Part shown: positions 29,608-37,732 of the stretch, in pieces
How the letters are laid out: each line of letters starts with the position of its first letter
Numbering within the stretch: the stretch's first letter is position 1
Assembly: GCA_043754535.1 (NCBI GenBank)
Contig: JAYUUN010000105.1
Location: 1 to 64,000, forward strand
Direction: 5' to 3'
Origin: Chloroflexota bacterium
GTDB taxonomy: Bacteria; Chloroflexota; Chloroflexia; QHBQ01
Length of the DNA: 64,000 nucleotides
Made by a program: the position numbers and the translations under genes
Notes under the pieces: model-generated
The model's database searches: none
The model's input: the letters and a program-made list of their open reading frames with translations, nothing else
What the model was told of the DNA's origin: nothing

Positions 29608-30773
29608 ACAAAAGCCACCTACCCTTGTCCCCTCTTAACGCGGGGGGGCCAGCAGCTAGACCGCGACGGGTGCTGTTCGTCTTTGCCTGGCTGGTGGTTG
29701 GTGGCGAGGAGACGGAAGTGCGGCTGCTGGCGAAGCACCTTGACCCCGCCCGCTACCAGCTTGAGGTGGTCGCCTGCTTCCGCCAGCCGAACATGGCCGA
29801 GCAGACCCACCAGCAACTGGAGGCGATGGGCGTGCTAGTTGACCGCACACCCTACGATCTCTGCTACGAGGATACTATCACCTATCTAGCAGCCAAGTTC
29901 CCAGCCTACGACCTGATCGTGGCCTGTCAGGCGGTGCCAGATGTCTACCCCGCCCTGGAGATGTTGAGCGCGAAGCCACCGCTGATCGAGCATGGCGGGT
30001 TGGTGCTAGAGGCTCTGCGCGGGCCGAAGCACCTTACTGCCCGCTACGTCGGTGTGTGCGCGACGATCCGTGATGCGGCGGCGGGCAGAATGCCAGGCCG
30101 CGAGCAGTATGCGCTAGAAATCCCCTCAATGGTTGACCTTGACGAGTTCGACCCGGCAGCAAGGGCAGCAGTGCGGGTTGAGTGGGGAGTCGCTGCTAAC
30201 GCAGTGGTAGTCGGTTGGGTTGGGCGGCTGGATCGCAAGAAGCGGGTGGAGGACTTCATCCAGGCTGCCGCCCGCCTGCGCCGCCAACATCCCCACGCCC
30301 GCTTCGTGGTGATCGGCGGGCCGGATGCCTTCATGCCAGAGTACGAGGCCGAACTGCATGGGTTGGCCGCCCAACTGAGGTTGGGTAGGGCGATCATCTT
30401 CACTGGCGACCGCCCCGATGTGCCACGCTTGCTGGCGGGGCTGGACGTATTCTGCTGGCTGGCGCGGGGCGAGGGGATGCCGCACGTGATCGCCGAGGCC
30501 GGGGCCGCCCGCCTGCCTGTGATCTCCACCCGCGATAATGGCACCGCCGAGCAGATTGAGGATGGGGTGAGCGGCCTGTTCGTGCCGCACGAGCGGCCCG
30601 CTGCCCTGGCGGCCACCCTCAACGTGCTACTGGACGACCGGGAGGCCCGCCAACTGCTGGGCGACAACCTGAGGGCGAAGGTGGAGCAGGAGTACAGTGC
30701 GAGGGTAGTCACCCGTCAGTGGGAGCGGCTGTTCGACGAGGTGGTCGCTGAGGCTGAGGCTGGTAGGGGCTAG
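29604..30773 (+). CDS. Glycosyltransferase family 4
   Basis: VGRLDRKKRVE, EGMPHVIAEAG. Confidence 0.88.
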   Translation: MNKSHLPLSPLNAGGPAARPRRVLFVFAWLVVGGEETEVRLLAKHLDPARYQLEVVACFRQPNMAEQTHQQLEAMGVLVDRTPYDLCYEDTITYLAAKFPAYDLIVACQAVPDVYPALEMLSAKPPLIEHGGLVLEALRGPKHLTARYVGVCATIRDAAAGRMPGREQYALEIPSMVDLDEFDPAARAAVRVEWGVAANAVVVGWVGRLDRKKRVEDFIQAAARLRRQHPHARFVVIGGPDAFMPEYEAELHGLAAQLRLGRAIIFTGDRPDVPRLLAGLDVFCWLARGEGMPHVIAEAGAARLPVISTRDNGTAEQIEDGVSGLFVPHERPAALAATLNVLLDDREARQLLGDNLRAKVEQEYSARVVTRQWERLFDEVVAEAEAGRG

Positions 30774-30783
30774 CTAGCCGTCC

Positions 30784-31176
30784 TCAACCGGGCTGGCCGC
30801 CCTGCTCGCGTTCGCGGATCGACTTCATGCGGAGAGCAAGTCCGCGCCGATCAATCGGCATTGGCTCGTCGCCTGGCTCTGGCGCACCCAGGTTCTGGCG
30901 GGTCTCCGCCGTCTCGCCATACTGCTCCGCGATCTCGTAGGCCAGCAGAAAGAGGCGGTCGTATTCTTCGGGGCTGGTGTGCAGGCGGGCGATGTGCAAC
31001 TCCTTGTACGCGCCCAGGTTGCCTGGTGGTCGGCTGAAGCTGAGGCCGGTGATCTCGCTGATGTTCTGCATCATCTCCTCGGCCATGCCCTCTGCCATCG
31101 GCTCAAAGGCCACTTCCAGCGTCATCAGCCTGCCCATCTGCACCTTCGTCACTCGGATCGGCGCGTTCATCGCCAT
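30784..31176 (-). CDS. Hypothetical protein
   Basis: ORF with a GGGGAG RBS and an upstream TATAAT; no family recognised. Confidence 0.65.
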   Translation of the reverse strand: MAMNAPIRVTKVQMGRLMTLEVAFEPMAEGMAEEMMQNISEITGLSFSRPPGNLGAYKELHIARLHTSPEEYDRLFLLAYEIAEQYGETAETRQNLGAPEPGDEPMPIDRRGLALRMKSIREREQGGQPG

Positions 31177-31267
31177 CGTTCGCTCCCCCTTTTGCCCTGC
31201 GTTGGCCTATTATAACAACTTGGGGCTGCCTTCGGCAAAAAGGCCTAGGCGAAACCAGCGCAAGGGC

Positions 31268-31296
31268 TTGCAAAAGTGGGCATAATCTGTTATAAT
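31268..31296 (+). promoter_or_regulatory. Promoter of tRNA-Ala
   Basis: TTGCAA-17 bp-TATAAT with an extended TG. Confidence 0.8.
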
Positions 31297-31307
31297 GGCT
31301 CGGCAAC

Positions 31308-31383
31308 GGGGACTTAGCTCAGTTGGGAGAGCGCAACACTGGCAGTGTTGAGGTCAGGGGTTCGAGCCCCCTAGTCTCCACCA
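31308..31383 (+). tRNA. tRNA-Ala(GGC)
   Basis: 76-nt cloverleaf, anticodon arm CAACA-CT GGC AG-TGTTG, G3:U70 identity pair, encoded CCA. Confidence 0.96.
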
Positions 31384-31424
31384 TCGTTTACGCATCCGCA
31401 GGGGTGCGTTTTCTTCAATAACAA

Positions 31425-31709
31425 ACAGGCATTGAACAGGAGTAGTAGGCCGTTCCCCACCTAGAGAGTCGGCGGCTGGTGCAAGCCGACAGGGGAGCCG
31501 TGAGGTAGGCCGAACTCACCTGGGAGCCGCAGCGGTGAACTTGCAGTAGCCGCAGCCGAACTTGCGCCCGTTAACGCGCCCTCAAGCGGACCTTTCGCCG
31601 GGCAATCGACCAGGGCGGACGCGTCAACCAGGGTGGTACCGACGGAGAGCGAACAGCCCTTCGCCCCTGACTCCAGATGTGGAGTCGTGGGCGGAGGGCT
31701 GTTTATTTT
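31425..31709 (+). ncRNA. T-box riboswitch, leucine-specific, transcriptional
   Basis: Stem I with AGTA, AGAGA and GGTGCAA motifs; specifier GAA-CUC-A at 31515-31517; T-box AGGGTGGTACCG at 31630-31641; terminator 31652-31709. Confidence 0.9.
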
Positions 31710-31784
31710 GCCCAGGCACGGGTCTGCAACCAGTGATTGTCTCTTTGCGTAGATGCAGTAGACCACTTTGCAGGAGGGTTGAGC

Positions 31785-31939
31785 GTGATAAGCGACGAAG
31801 CAAAGGATGAGGCCGCCCCCATGCAGCACAAGACCCATTGCGGTGGTGAGATGGTAGATTGCAAGCTGGTGGCTACCCAGAGTTGCGGACTTTGAACCCG
31901 GAGCGGCTGTATCTCTCAAGTAGCGAGGAAGCAAGATGA
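31785..31939 (+). pseudogene. Decayed zinc-ribbon paralogue (array unit 0)
   Basis: AGGAGG RBS; GTG ATA AGC GAC... reads ISDEAKDEAAPM...HCGGEMVDCKL and stops at 31895. An out-of-frame NPERL matches the paralogue C-termini. Confidence 0.5.
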
Positions 31940-32514
31940 GCAACCCGGATGAGCAGGATGAGTATCGCCCCATCGAGGTACCGATGCCCCCACTACCGCC
32001 CGAAGGTAGCAGGAGACAGCCGACAGGCTACGCTGGCCCTCCGCTGCCCCCGCCCCGTTCTGCTCCGCCGCTGACCGAGGCAGAGATGGCGGTGGTGCGT
32101 CGCTACGAAGGGCAGGGCAAGAAGCTGCTGACGATAGAGGAACTAAGCCGCCAAGCCGCCATTGCTTCCGAGGAAGCACGACGGGAGTTGCGGGCAGCCG
32201 AGTCGTTCGTGCCGTCAGCCACGCCGCCTGCCACTGTGTCCCGCAGCCTGCCCGCCCCGCAGCCTGCACCACCCACACAGCCTGCCCGCCGCAGCCAGCG
32301 TGATTGTTCGCAGTGTGGCAGCCCTACCAACAGGGCCAACCTCAACTTTGGCAGCCGCACCAGTGGCTACGAAATAGAGTTGACCCCAGTAGACCAAACC
32401 CTATTCGACTCGCGGCTGTCGCGGGTGCAGGTTTACGTCTGCGAAGATTGCGGCTATGTTGACCTCTACGCTACCAACCCGAAGGGCCTGCGGCCCAAGC
32501 CGAGGCGGAGGTAA
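31936..32514 (+). CDS. Cys4 zinc-ribbon protein (unit 1) with Pro-rich leader and HTH-like insert
   Basis: PMPPLPP leader; CSQCG...CEDCGYVDLYATNP. Confidence 0.85.
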   Translation: MSNPDEQDEYRPIEVPMPPLPPEGSRRQPTGYAGPPLPPPRSAPPLTEAEMAVVRRYEGQGKKLLTIEELSRQAAIASEEARRELRAAESFVPSATPPATVSRSLPAPQPAPPTQPARRSQRDCSQCGSPTNRANLNFGSRTSGYEIELTPVDQTLFDSRLSRVQVYVCEDCGYVDLYATNPKGLRPKPRRR

Positions 32515-32518
32515 GGTG

Positions 32519-32827
32519 ATGAGCGACAACCCGAAAGACCCGTTTGATGCACCAATGCCACCGCTGCCACCAAAGGACGAGCCACCGCGATCAACCTCAC
32601 ATAGCGGAGAGCGGGAGTGGCAGGGGTGTTCTGATTGTGGCGGCGAAATGATCGCTAGCAGGCTGGAAGCTGGTCAGATTTATCGCTTCTTTGTAACGCC
32701 TGCTGGCACAGACTTTCTCAACCCCTCCTACCGCAGTGGCGCAGCGGCGTTTACCTGTCTTGACTGCGGCCAGATCAAAATGTACGCTACCAACCCTGAT
32801 GCTCTGCGCGCGTTCTTCAAGAACTAA
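32519..32827 (+). CDS. Cys4 zinc-ribbon protein (unit 2)
   Basis: MSDNPKDPFDAPMPPLPP; CSDCGGEM...CLDCGQIKMYATNP; GGAGG RBS. Confidence 0.85.
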   Translation: MSDNPKDPFDAPMPPLPPKDEPPRSTSHSGEREWQGCSDCGGEMIASRLEAGQIYRFFVTPAGTDFLNPSYRSGAAAFTCLDCGQIKMYATNPDALRAFFKN

Positions 32828-32842
32828 GGAGGGCAGATCAAG

Positions 32843-33175
32843 ATGAGCGACAACCCAAAGTTCGACCCTGACAACCCGCCGATGCCCGACCTGCCACCAG
32901 AGGACGGGCCGGGTCAGCAGCAGGGTGGCAACTTCTACGAGCAGATGAACCGAAGGCTGACAGAATACCGCCCCCACGCTCAACCGGGTGTGCAGCAAGG
33001 TGGCTGCTTCGAGTGCGGTGGCCGCATGGTAAAGAGCAAGATGAGCAGTTACACTACAGTGCGGGCTGATGAGGGCAGCCCGTTCTTTACTCGTAGTTCG
33101 ACGGTCAAGGCATTGGTCTGCACCCGCTGCGGCTTCATCAAGCTGTACGCAACTGATCCCAGCGTGGTAGAGTGA
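32843..33175 (+). CDS. Cys4 zinc-ribbon protein (unit 3)
   Basis: MSDNPKFDPDNPPMPDLPP; CFECGGRM...CTRCGFIKLYATDP; AGGAGG RBS. Confidence 0.88.
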   Translation: MSDNPKFDPDNPPMPDLPPEDGPGQQQGGNFYEQMNRRLTEYRPHAQPGVQQGGCFECGGRMVKSKMSSYTTVRADEGSPFFTRSSTVKALVCTRCGFIKLYATDPSVVE

Positions 33176-33197
33176 GTATCACAAGGAGGCAACCAGG

Positions 33198-33608
33198 ATG
33201 AGCAACCGCAACTTCGACCCGAATGACCCTTACGCTGCCCCCATGCCGCCGCTACCTGGTGAGGCGGGCTACAACCAGGCGGGGCCGGACTACAACAACG
33301 ACGACCTGATCCGCCAGCTAACCCGCAACAGCACTTCCCCCTATGACGTGCAGCCGGAGCAGGCGCAACCCGCCTACGCTGCGCCGCAGCCAGTCCACGA
33401 GGCAAGTAGTTGCCCAGAGTGCGGCGGCCATATGCTTGCCGCTAACATCAACAGCAACAGTCAGTATCAGTTCTACTTTACGCCACCCGACAAGGGCTTC
33501 TTCGACTCCCGCCACTCCGAGGTGCGCGTTCTGGTCTGCGAGACCTGCGGCTTCACCAAGTTCTACGCCCTCACCCCCGGCGAGTTGCGTCCAAAGGAGC
33601 AGCGTTGA
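33198..33608 (+). CDS. Cys4 zinc-ribbon protein (unit 4)
   Basis: MSNRNFDPNDPYAAPMPPLP; CPECGGHM...CETCGFTKFYA; AGGAGG RBS. Confidence 0.88.
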   Translation: MSNRNFDPNDPYAAPMPPLPGEAGYNQAGPDYNNDDLIRQLTRNSTSPYDVQPEQAQPAYAAPQPVHEASSCPECGGHMLAANINSNSQYQFYFTPPDKGFFDSRHSEVRVLVCETCGFTKFYALTPGELRPKEQR

Positions 33609-33910
33609 TGAGCGACAACCCGAAGTTCGACCCCGACGACGCGCCCATGCCGCCGCTGCCAGCGGAGCAGCCGAGCCTGCTGTCACGTTCGCGCTGCTGC
33701 CCCGACTGTAGTGGGGAGATGGTACCTACCCGGCTGGAGGCGGGAACCGAGGCTGACGGAGTTTACGTCGTTCCCAGCCTAGTGGAGCCTTACGCCAAGC
33801 TGGATCGCTACCGGAGTTCCAGCTACTCAACTACCTGCGTAAACTGCGGCTACACCAAAGTTTACGCTAGACGACCTGACCTGATCAAACAGTTCTTCGA
33901 AGAAAGGTAA
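33608..33910 (+). CDS. Cys4 zinc-ribbon protein (unit 5)
   Basis: MSDNPKFDPDDAPMPPLP; CPDCSGEM...CVNCGYTKVYA; TGATG overlap with unit 4. Confidence 0.85.
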   Translation: MSDNPKFDPDDAPMPPLPAEQPSLLSRSRCCPDCSGEMVPTRLEAGTEADGVYVVPSLVEPYAKLDRYRSSSYSTTCVNCGYTKVYARRPDLIKQFFEER

Positions 33911-33915
33911 GTGTG

Positions 33916-34143
33916 ATGAACGAGCAACTGAAGCAAGAACCGAAGGCGATGGCCTGCCCCAAGTGCGCGGGCAATATGATCGAGCGCGGCTTTATTGACG
34001 CTAACAAGGTGGTTTTCAGTCCCGCGCCCGGCAAGCTGCAATGGACACAGGCGCGCACTTCGCCCGCGAGAGCGATGGTCTGTGACCAGTGTGGCTACGC
34101 CGAAGTCTACGCCACCCAGCCGGAGAAGCTGCGCGAAAGCTGA
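33916..34143 (+). CDS. Cys4 zinc-ribbon protein (unit 6, short leader)
   Basis: MNEQLKQEPKAMACPKCAGNM...CDQCGYAEVYATQP. Confidence 0.85.
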   Translation: MNEQLKQEPKAMACPKCAGNMIERGFIDANKVVFSPAPGKLQWTQARTSPARAMVCDQCGYAEVYATQPEKLRES

Positions 34144-34188
34144 GCAGGATTGCCACCGCTAGAGCGAGTAGTAGGAAGGATCACCCCG

Positions 34189-34433
34189 ATGAATGCTGAC
34201 CAGCCGAAGCAGGAGGCAAAAGCTACCGCTTGCCCCAAGTGCGGTGGCGGTATGCTTGAGTGCGGGATCGAGACCAGCATGCAGTGCAACTGGCTGGCAG
34301 CCTGGAGGTGCCGCTGGTGCCGCTGGGCAAAGGTGTCTTCAACAGGCGGAGGTCTGGTATCCGTGCGCTGATGTGTGAGCGATGTGGCTACGTTGAGTTG
34401 TATGGCGACCCCACGCAGATCAAGTCGGGTTGA
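34189..34433 (+). pseudogene. Frameshifted zinc-ribbon paralogue (unit 7)
   Basis: One frame gives MNADQPKQEAKATACPKCGGGM; another gives LGKGVFNRRRSGIRALMCERCGYVELYGDP, ending TGA 34433. Confidence 0.75.
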
Positions 34434-34452
34434 GCAATAGTGAGGAGCAGAG

Positions 34453-36924
34453 ATGAGAGATAAGTACATACCGCAGGAGATCGAACCACAGTGGCAGGCG
34501 CGTTGGGCTGAGCAGCGTATCTACAACGTGCCACAGCCAATGGTGGGCGGGCAAGAGGAGCGGAAGTTCTATGTTGCTTCTATGTTGCCCTACCCTAGTG
34601 GCGACCTGCACATGGGCCATATGCGGAATTACACTATTGGCGATGTGGTTGTCCGCTACCACCGCATGAAGGGGGAGCGGGTGCTGTCGCCGATGGGTTG
34701 GGATGCGTTCGGGCTGCCCGCTGAGAACGCCGCGATCAAGGATGGCATTCACCCTGCCACCCGCACGCCAAACAACGTGGCCGCGATGAAGCAGCAGTTC
34801 GCCAAGATGGGCGCGATGTTCGACTGGGAGCGTGAGGTCAATACCTCTAGCCCCGAATACTACCGTTGGACGCAGTGGCTCTTTCTCAAGCTGTATGCGA
34901 TGGGGCTGGCCTATCGCGGCAAAGGGTTGGTCAATTGGTGTCCGAAAGACGCGACTGTGCTGGCAAACGAGCAGGTAGTGGAGGGCAAGTGCGAACGCTG
35001 TGGCACGGTAGTGGTGCGCCGCAACTTGGAGCAGTGGTTCTTCAAGACTAGTGCCTACGCCCAAAGGATGCTCGACGACCTTGACGGTCTAGACGGCTGG
35101 CCGGAGCGTGTCCGCACCATGCAGCGTAACTGGATTGGCCGCAGCGAGGGTGCCGAGGTAGGCTTCGCCCTCACTGCTGGTGGCGGTAAGTTGACCGTCT
35201 TCACCACCCGGCCCGACACGCTGTGGGGGGCAACCTTCATGGTGCTGGCCCCCGAACACACCCTGGTAGACACGATCACCGCCCCAGAGCAGCAGGCTGA
35301 GGTTGCCGCCTACAAGGAGCAGGCTAGCAAGCAGAGCGAGATTGAGAGACTGGCGACCGATAAGGAAAAGACGGGGGTCTTTACTGGCGCGTATGCGATC
35401 AACCCGGTCAATGGCGCACAGGTGCCAATCTGGATCGCCGACTACGTGCTGACCACCTATGGCACTGGGGCGATCATGGCTGTCCCCGCCCACGACGAGC
35501 GCGACTTTGAGTTCGCCCGCAAGTTCGGCCTGCCGATCAAGCTGGTCTACAACACCGAGCCGCCGCAGGATGCTGCTACTATGCCCTCTGCTATCTTGCA
35601 CACCGGCGTGGCCGTAGAGGCTGGCCCCTTCACTGGGCTGCCCGACGCAGCAGAGACAGTCAGCCAGGTTATCACCTGGCTGGAAGCGCAGGGGATCGGC
35701 AAGGGTAAGGTTAACTTCCGCCTGCGCGACTGGCTGATCAGCCGCCAACGTTACTGGGGTGCGCCGATCCCCATTGTCTACTGCGACCACTGCGGGATGC
35801 AGCCGGTGCCAGCCGCCCAACTGCCGGTGCTGCTGCCGCTGGACGTGGCGTTCAAGCCGGGCGGCGAGTCGCCACTCGCTCGCGTCGAGTCGTTCGTCAA
35901 CACTACCTGCCCGGCCTGCGACGGCCCCGCCCGCCGCGAAACCGACACGATGGACACCTTCGTGGATAGCTCCTGGTACTTCATGCGCTACTGCGACCCG
36001 CAGAACACTGAACTGCCCTTTGACAAGGCGATGGTAGATTACTGGATGCCGCTGGATCAATACATTGGTGGGGTCGAACACGCGATCCTGCACCTGATGT
36101 ACGCCCGCTTCTTCACCAAAGCTCTCTACGACGCAGGTATGATCAGCATCACTGAGCCGTTTGCCAAACTCTTTACCCAGGGCATGGTCTACCTCAACGG
36201 GGCGAAGATGAGCAAGAGCAAGGGTAATGTGGTGCCGGTGGATGACTTTGTGGCGCGGCTGGGGGCGGACGCAGGGCGCATCTACGTGCTGTTCATGGCC
36301 CCGCCGACCGATGATAGTGAGTGGAGCGACGCGGGCGCAATCGGGGCTTCGCGCTTCCTGGGTCGCGTCTGGCACTTGCTGGACGAGGGCATCGACCTGC
36401 ACGCTGCCCGCCCCGCTGCTGCCGACTTGAACAAGGCCGCGCGCGAGATCGTCGGCCATGCCAACCGCCTGGTAGAACGAGTGGGTAGCGACATCGAACG
36501 CTTCCATCACAATACCATCATCAGCGCGTACATGGATTTCGTCAACAAACTGAGCGACTACCGCGAGCAGCAGGGGCAGACTGCCGCCTTCAACGAAGCC
36601 GCCCGTCTGTTCCTGCTGGTTCTCGCCCCCGCAGCCCCACATATCGCTGAAGAAATCTGGCAGCGGTTGGGGGGCAAGGGCAGCATCCACGTGCAAGCCT
36701 GGCCCAGCGTCGACTCCGCCTTCCTGCAAGCCGAGGAGATGACCATCGTGGTGCAGGTCAATGGCAAGCTACGCGACCGCCTGACCCTGCCTGCGGGCAT
36801 GGACGAAGTAGCAGTGAAGGCAGCAGCCCTGGCCGCCGACAAGGTGGCCGCCACCCTCGACGGCAGGCAGCCCGTCAGCGTCCTCTATGTCCCTGGTAGG
36901 CTGGTCAATGTGGTGGTCAAGTAG
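34453..36924 (+). CDS. leuS: Leucine--tRNA ligase
   Basis: [11 protein letters not shown] (HIGH), FTTRPDT editing domain, [16 protein letters not shown]. Confidence 0.97.
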   Translation: MRDKYIPQEIEPQWQARWAEQRIYNVPQPMVGGQEERKFYVASMLPYPSGDLHMGHMRNYTIGDVVVRYHRMKGERVLSPMGWDAFGLPAENAAIKDGIHPATRTPNNVAAMKQQFAKMGAMFDWEREVNTSSPEYYRWTQWLFLKLYAMGLAYRGKGLVNWCPKDATVLANEQVVEGKCERCGTVVVRRNLEQWFFKTSAYAQRMLDDLDGLDGWPERVRTMQRNWIGRSEGAEVGFALTAGGGKLTVFTTRPDTLWGATFMVLAPEHTLVDTITAPEQQAEVAAYKEQASKQSEIERLATDKEKTGVFTGAYAINPVNGAQVPIWIADYVLTTYGTGAIMAVPAHDERDFEFARKFGLPIKLVYNTEPPQDAATMPSAILHTGVAVEAGPFTGLPDAAETVSQVITWLEAQGIGKGKVNFRLRDWLISRQRYWGAPIPIVYCDHCGMQPVPAAQLPVLLPLDVAFKPGGESPLARVESFVNTTCPACDGPARRETDTMDTFVDSSWYFMRYCDPQNTELPFDKAMVDYWMPLDQYIGGVEHAILHLMYARFFTKALYDAGMISITEPFAKLFTQGMVYLNGAKMSKSKGNVVPVDDFVARLGADAGRIYVLFMAPPTDDSEWSDAGAIGASRFLGRVWHLLDEGIDLHAARPAAADLNKAAREIVGHANRLVERVGSDIERFHHNTIISAYMDFVNKLSDYREQQGQTAAFNEAARLFLLVLAPAAPHIAEEIWQRLGGKGSIHVQAWPSVDSAFLQAEEMTIVVQVNGKLRDRLTLPAGMDEVAVKAAALAADKVAATLDGRQPVSVLYVPGRLVNVVVK

Positions 36925-36936
36925 GAGGTAGGGAGG

Positions 36937-37731
36937 ATGGAGCTAGAGGGGCTGATCGTGCAGGTGCAGGAGAGTGGCAAGTATCGGGCGGTCAGCCCTG
37001 AGCTTGTGCGCCAGCTTGCCACGCAGGAGGCGGCAAAGGGGCGCAGCGTGAAGGAGACGGTGAAGGCGATCCGCAACCGCCTGCATCAGGTGGGCGGCGC
37101 GTACCTCGAAGCTGGTACTGACTACGACCGCTGGCTGGTGAGCTTGCAGGCGGCAGAGGGGCAGGCCAGCTTGCAGGCAGCCTGCCGGGAGGTGCTGGGC
37201 CACCACGCCTCGACCCGCGAACGCCTGACTATCCTCGACCAGTTCTACCCCACCGTGCTGGCAGGTCTGCCACCGCTGCACTCGGTGCTGGATGTGGCCT
37301 GCGGCTTCAATCCCCTGGCGATCCCCTGGTTGCCGCTGGCTGCTGACGCGCTTTACTACGCCTGCGACATCTACGCCGACATGGTGGCCTTCCTCAACGC
37401 CAGCTTCCCGCTGCTCGGCGTGCAGGGGGCCGCTAGCCAGTGCGACCTGACCCAGACGATCCCCAATACAGCAGTGGACATTGCCTTCATCCTCAAGACG
37501 ATCCCTTGCCTTGAGCAGGTGGACAAGGCGGCGGGCAGCAGGCTGCTGGACGGCCTGCACGCCCGCTGGCTACTTGTCTCCTTCCCCACCCGCAGCCTGG
37601 GGGGGAGGAGCAAGGGCATGGGCGCGACCTACGAGGCCCACTTCAACGCCCTGGTTGCGGGGCGGGGCTGGCAGATCGCCCGCTTCGAGTTCCCCGGCGA
37701 ACTCGTCTTCCTGGTGGACAAGCAGCCTTGA
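36937..37731 (+). CDS. 16S rRNA m7G1405 methyltransferase homologue (ArmA/Rmt/Sgm, FmrO family)
   Basis: HASTRERL, LDVACGFNPLA, LKTIPCLEQ, VSFPTRSLGGRSKGM; 264 aa. Confidence 0.85.
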   Translation: MELEGLIVQVQESGKYRAVSPELVRQLATQEAAKGRSVKETVKAIRNRLHQVGGAYLEAGTDYDRWLVSLQAAEGQASLQAACREVLGHHASTRERLTILDQFYPTVLAGLPPLHSVLDVACGFNPLAIPWLPLAADALYYACDIYADMVAFLNASFPLLGVQGAASQCDLTQTIPNTAVDIAFILKTIPCLEQVDKAAGSRLLDGLHARWLLVSFPTRSLGGRSKGMGATYEAHFNALVAGRGWQIARFEFPGELVFLVDKQP

Positions 37732-37732
37732 G

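Noticed and set aside
31308..31383. tRNA-Ala as the integration site for the array
   Set aside because: The T-box lies between them, and I saw no duplicated tRNA 3' end or integrase.
31936..34433. Array as integron cassettes, DGR targets or RiPP precursors
   Set aside because: Intergenic gaps are mostly too short for attC sites; no integrase, reverse transcriptase, template repeat or maturase in the window; the Cys spacing fits a zinc ribbon.
35089..36729. Long antisense ORFs (e.g. 546 aa opposite leuS; 28081..29190; 45202..46296; 56149..57201)
   Set aside because: Shadow ORFs expected in GC-rich coding DNA, with no recognisable motifs.
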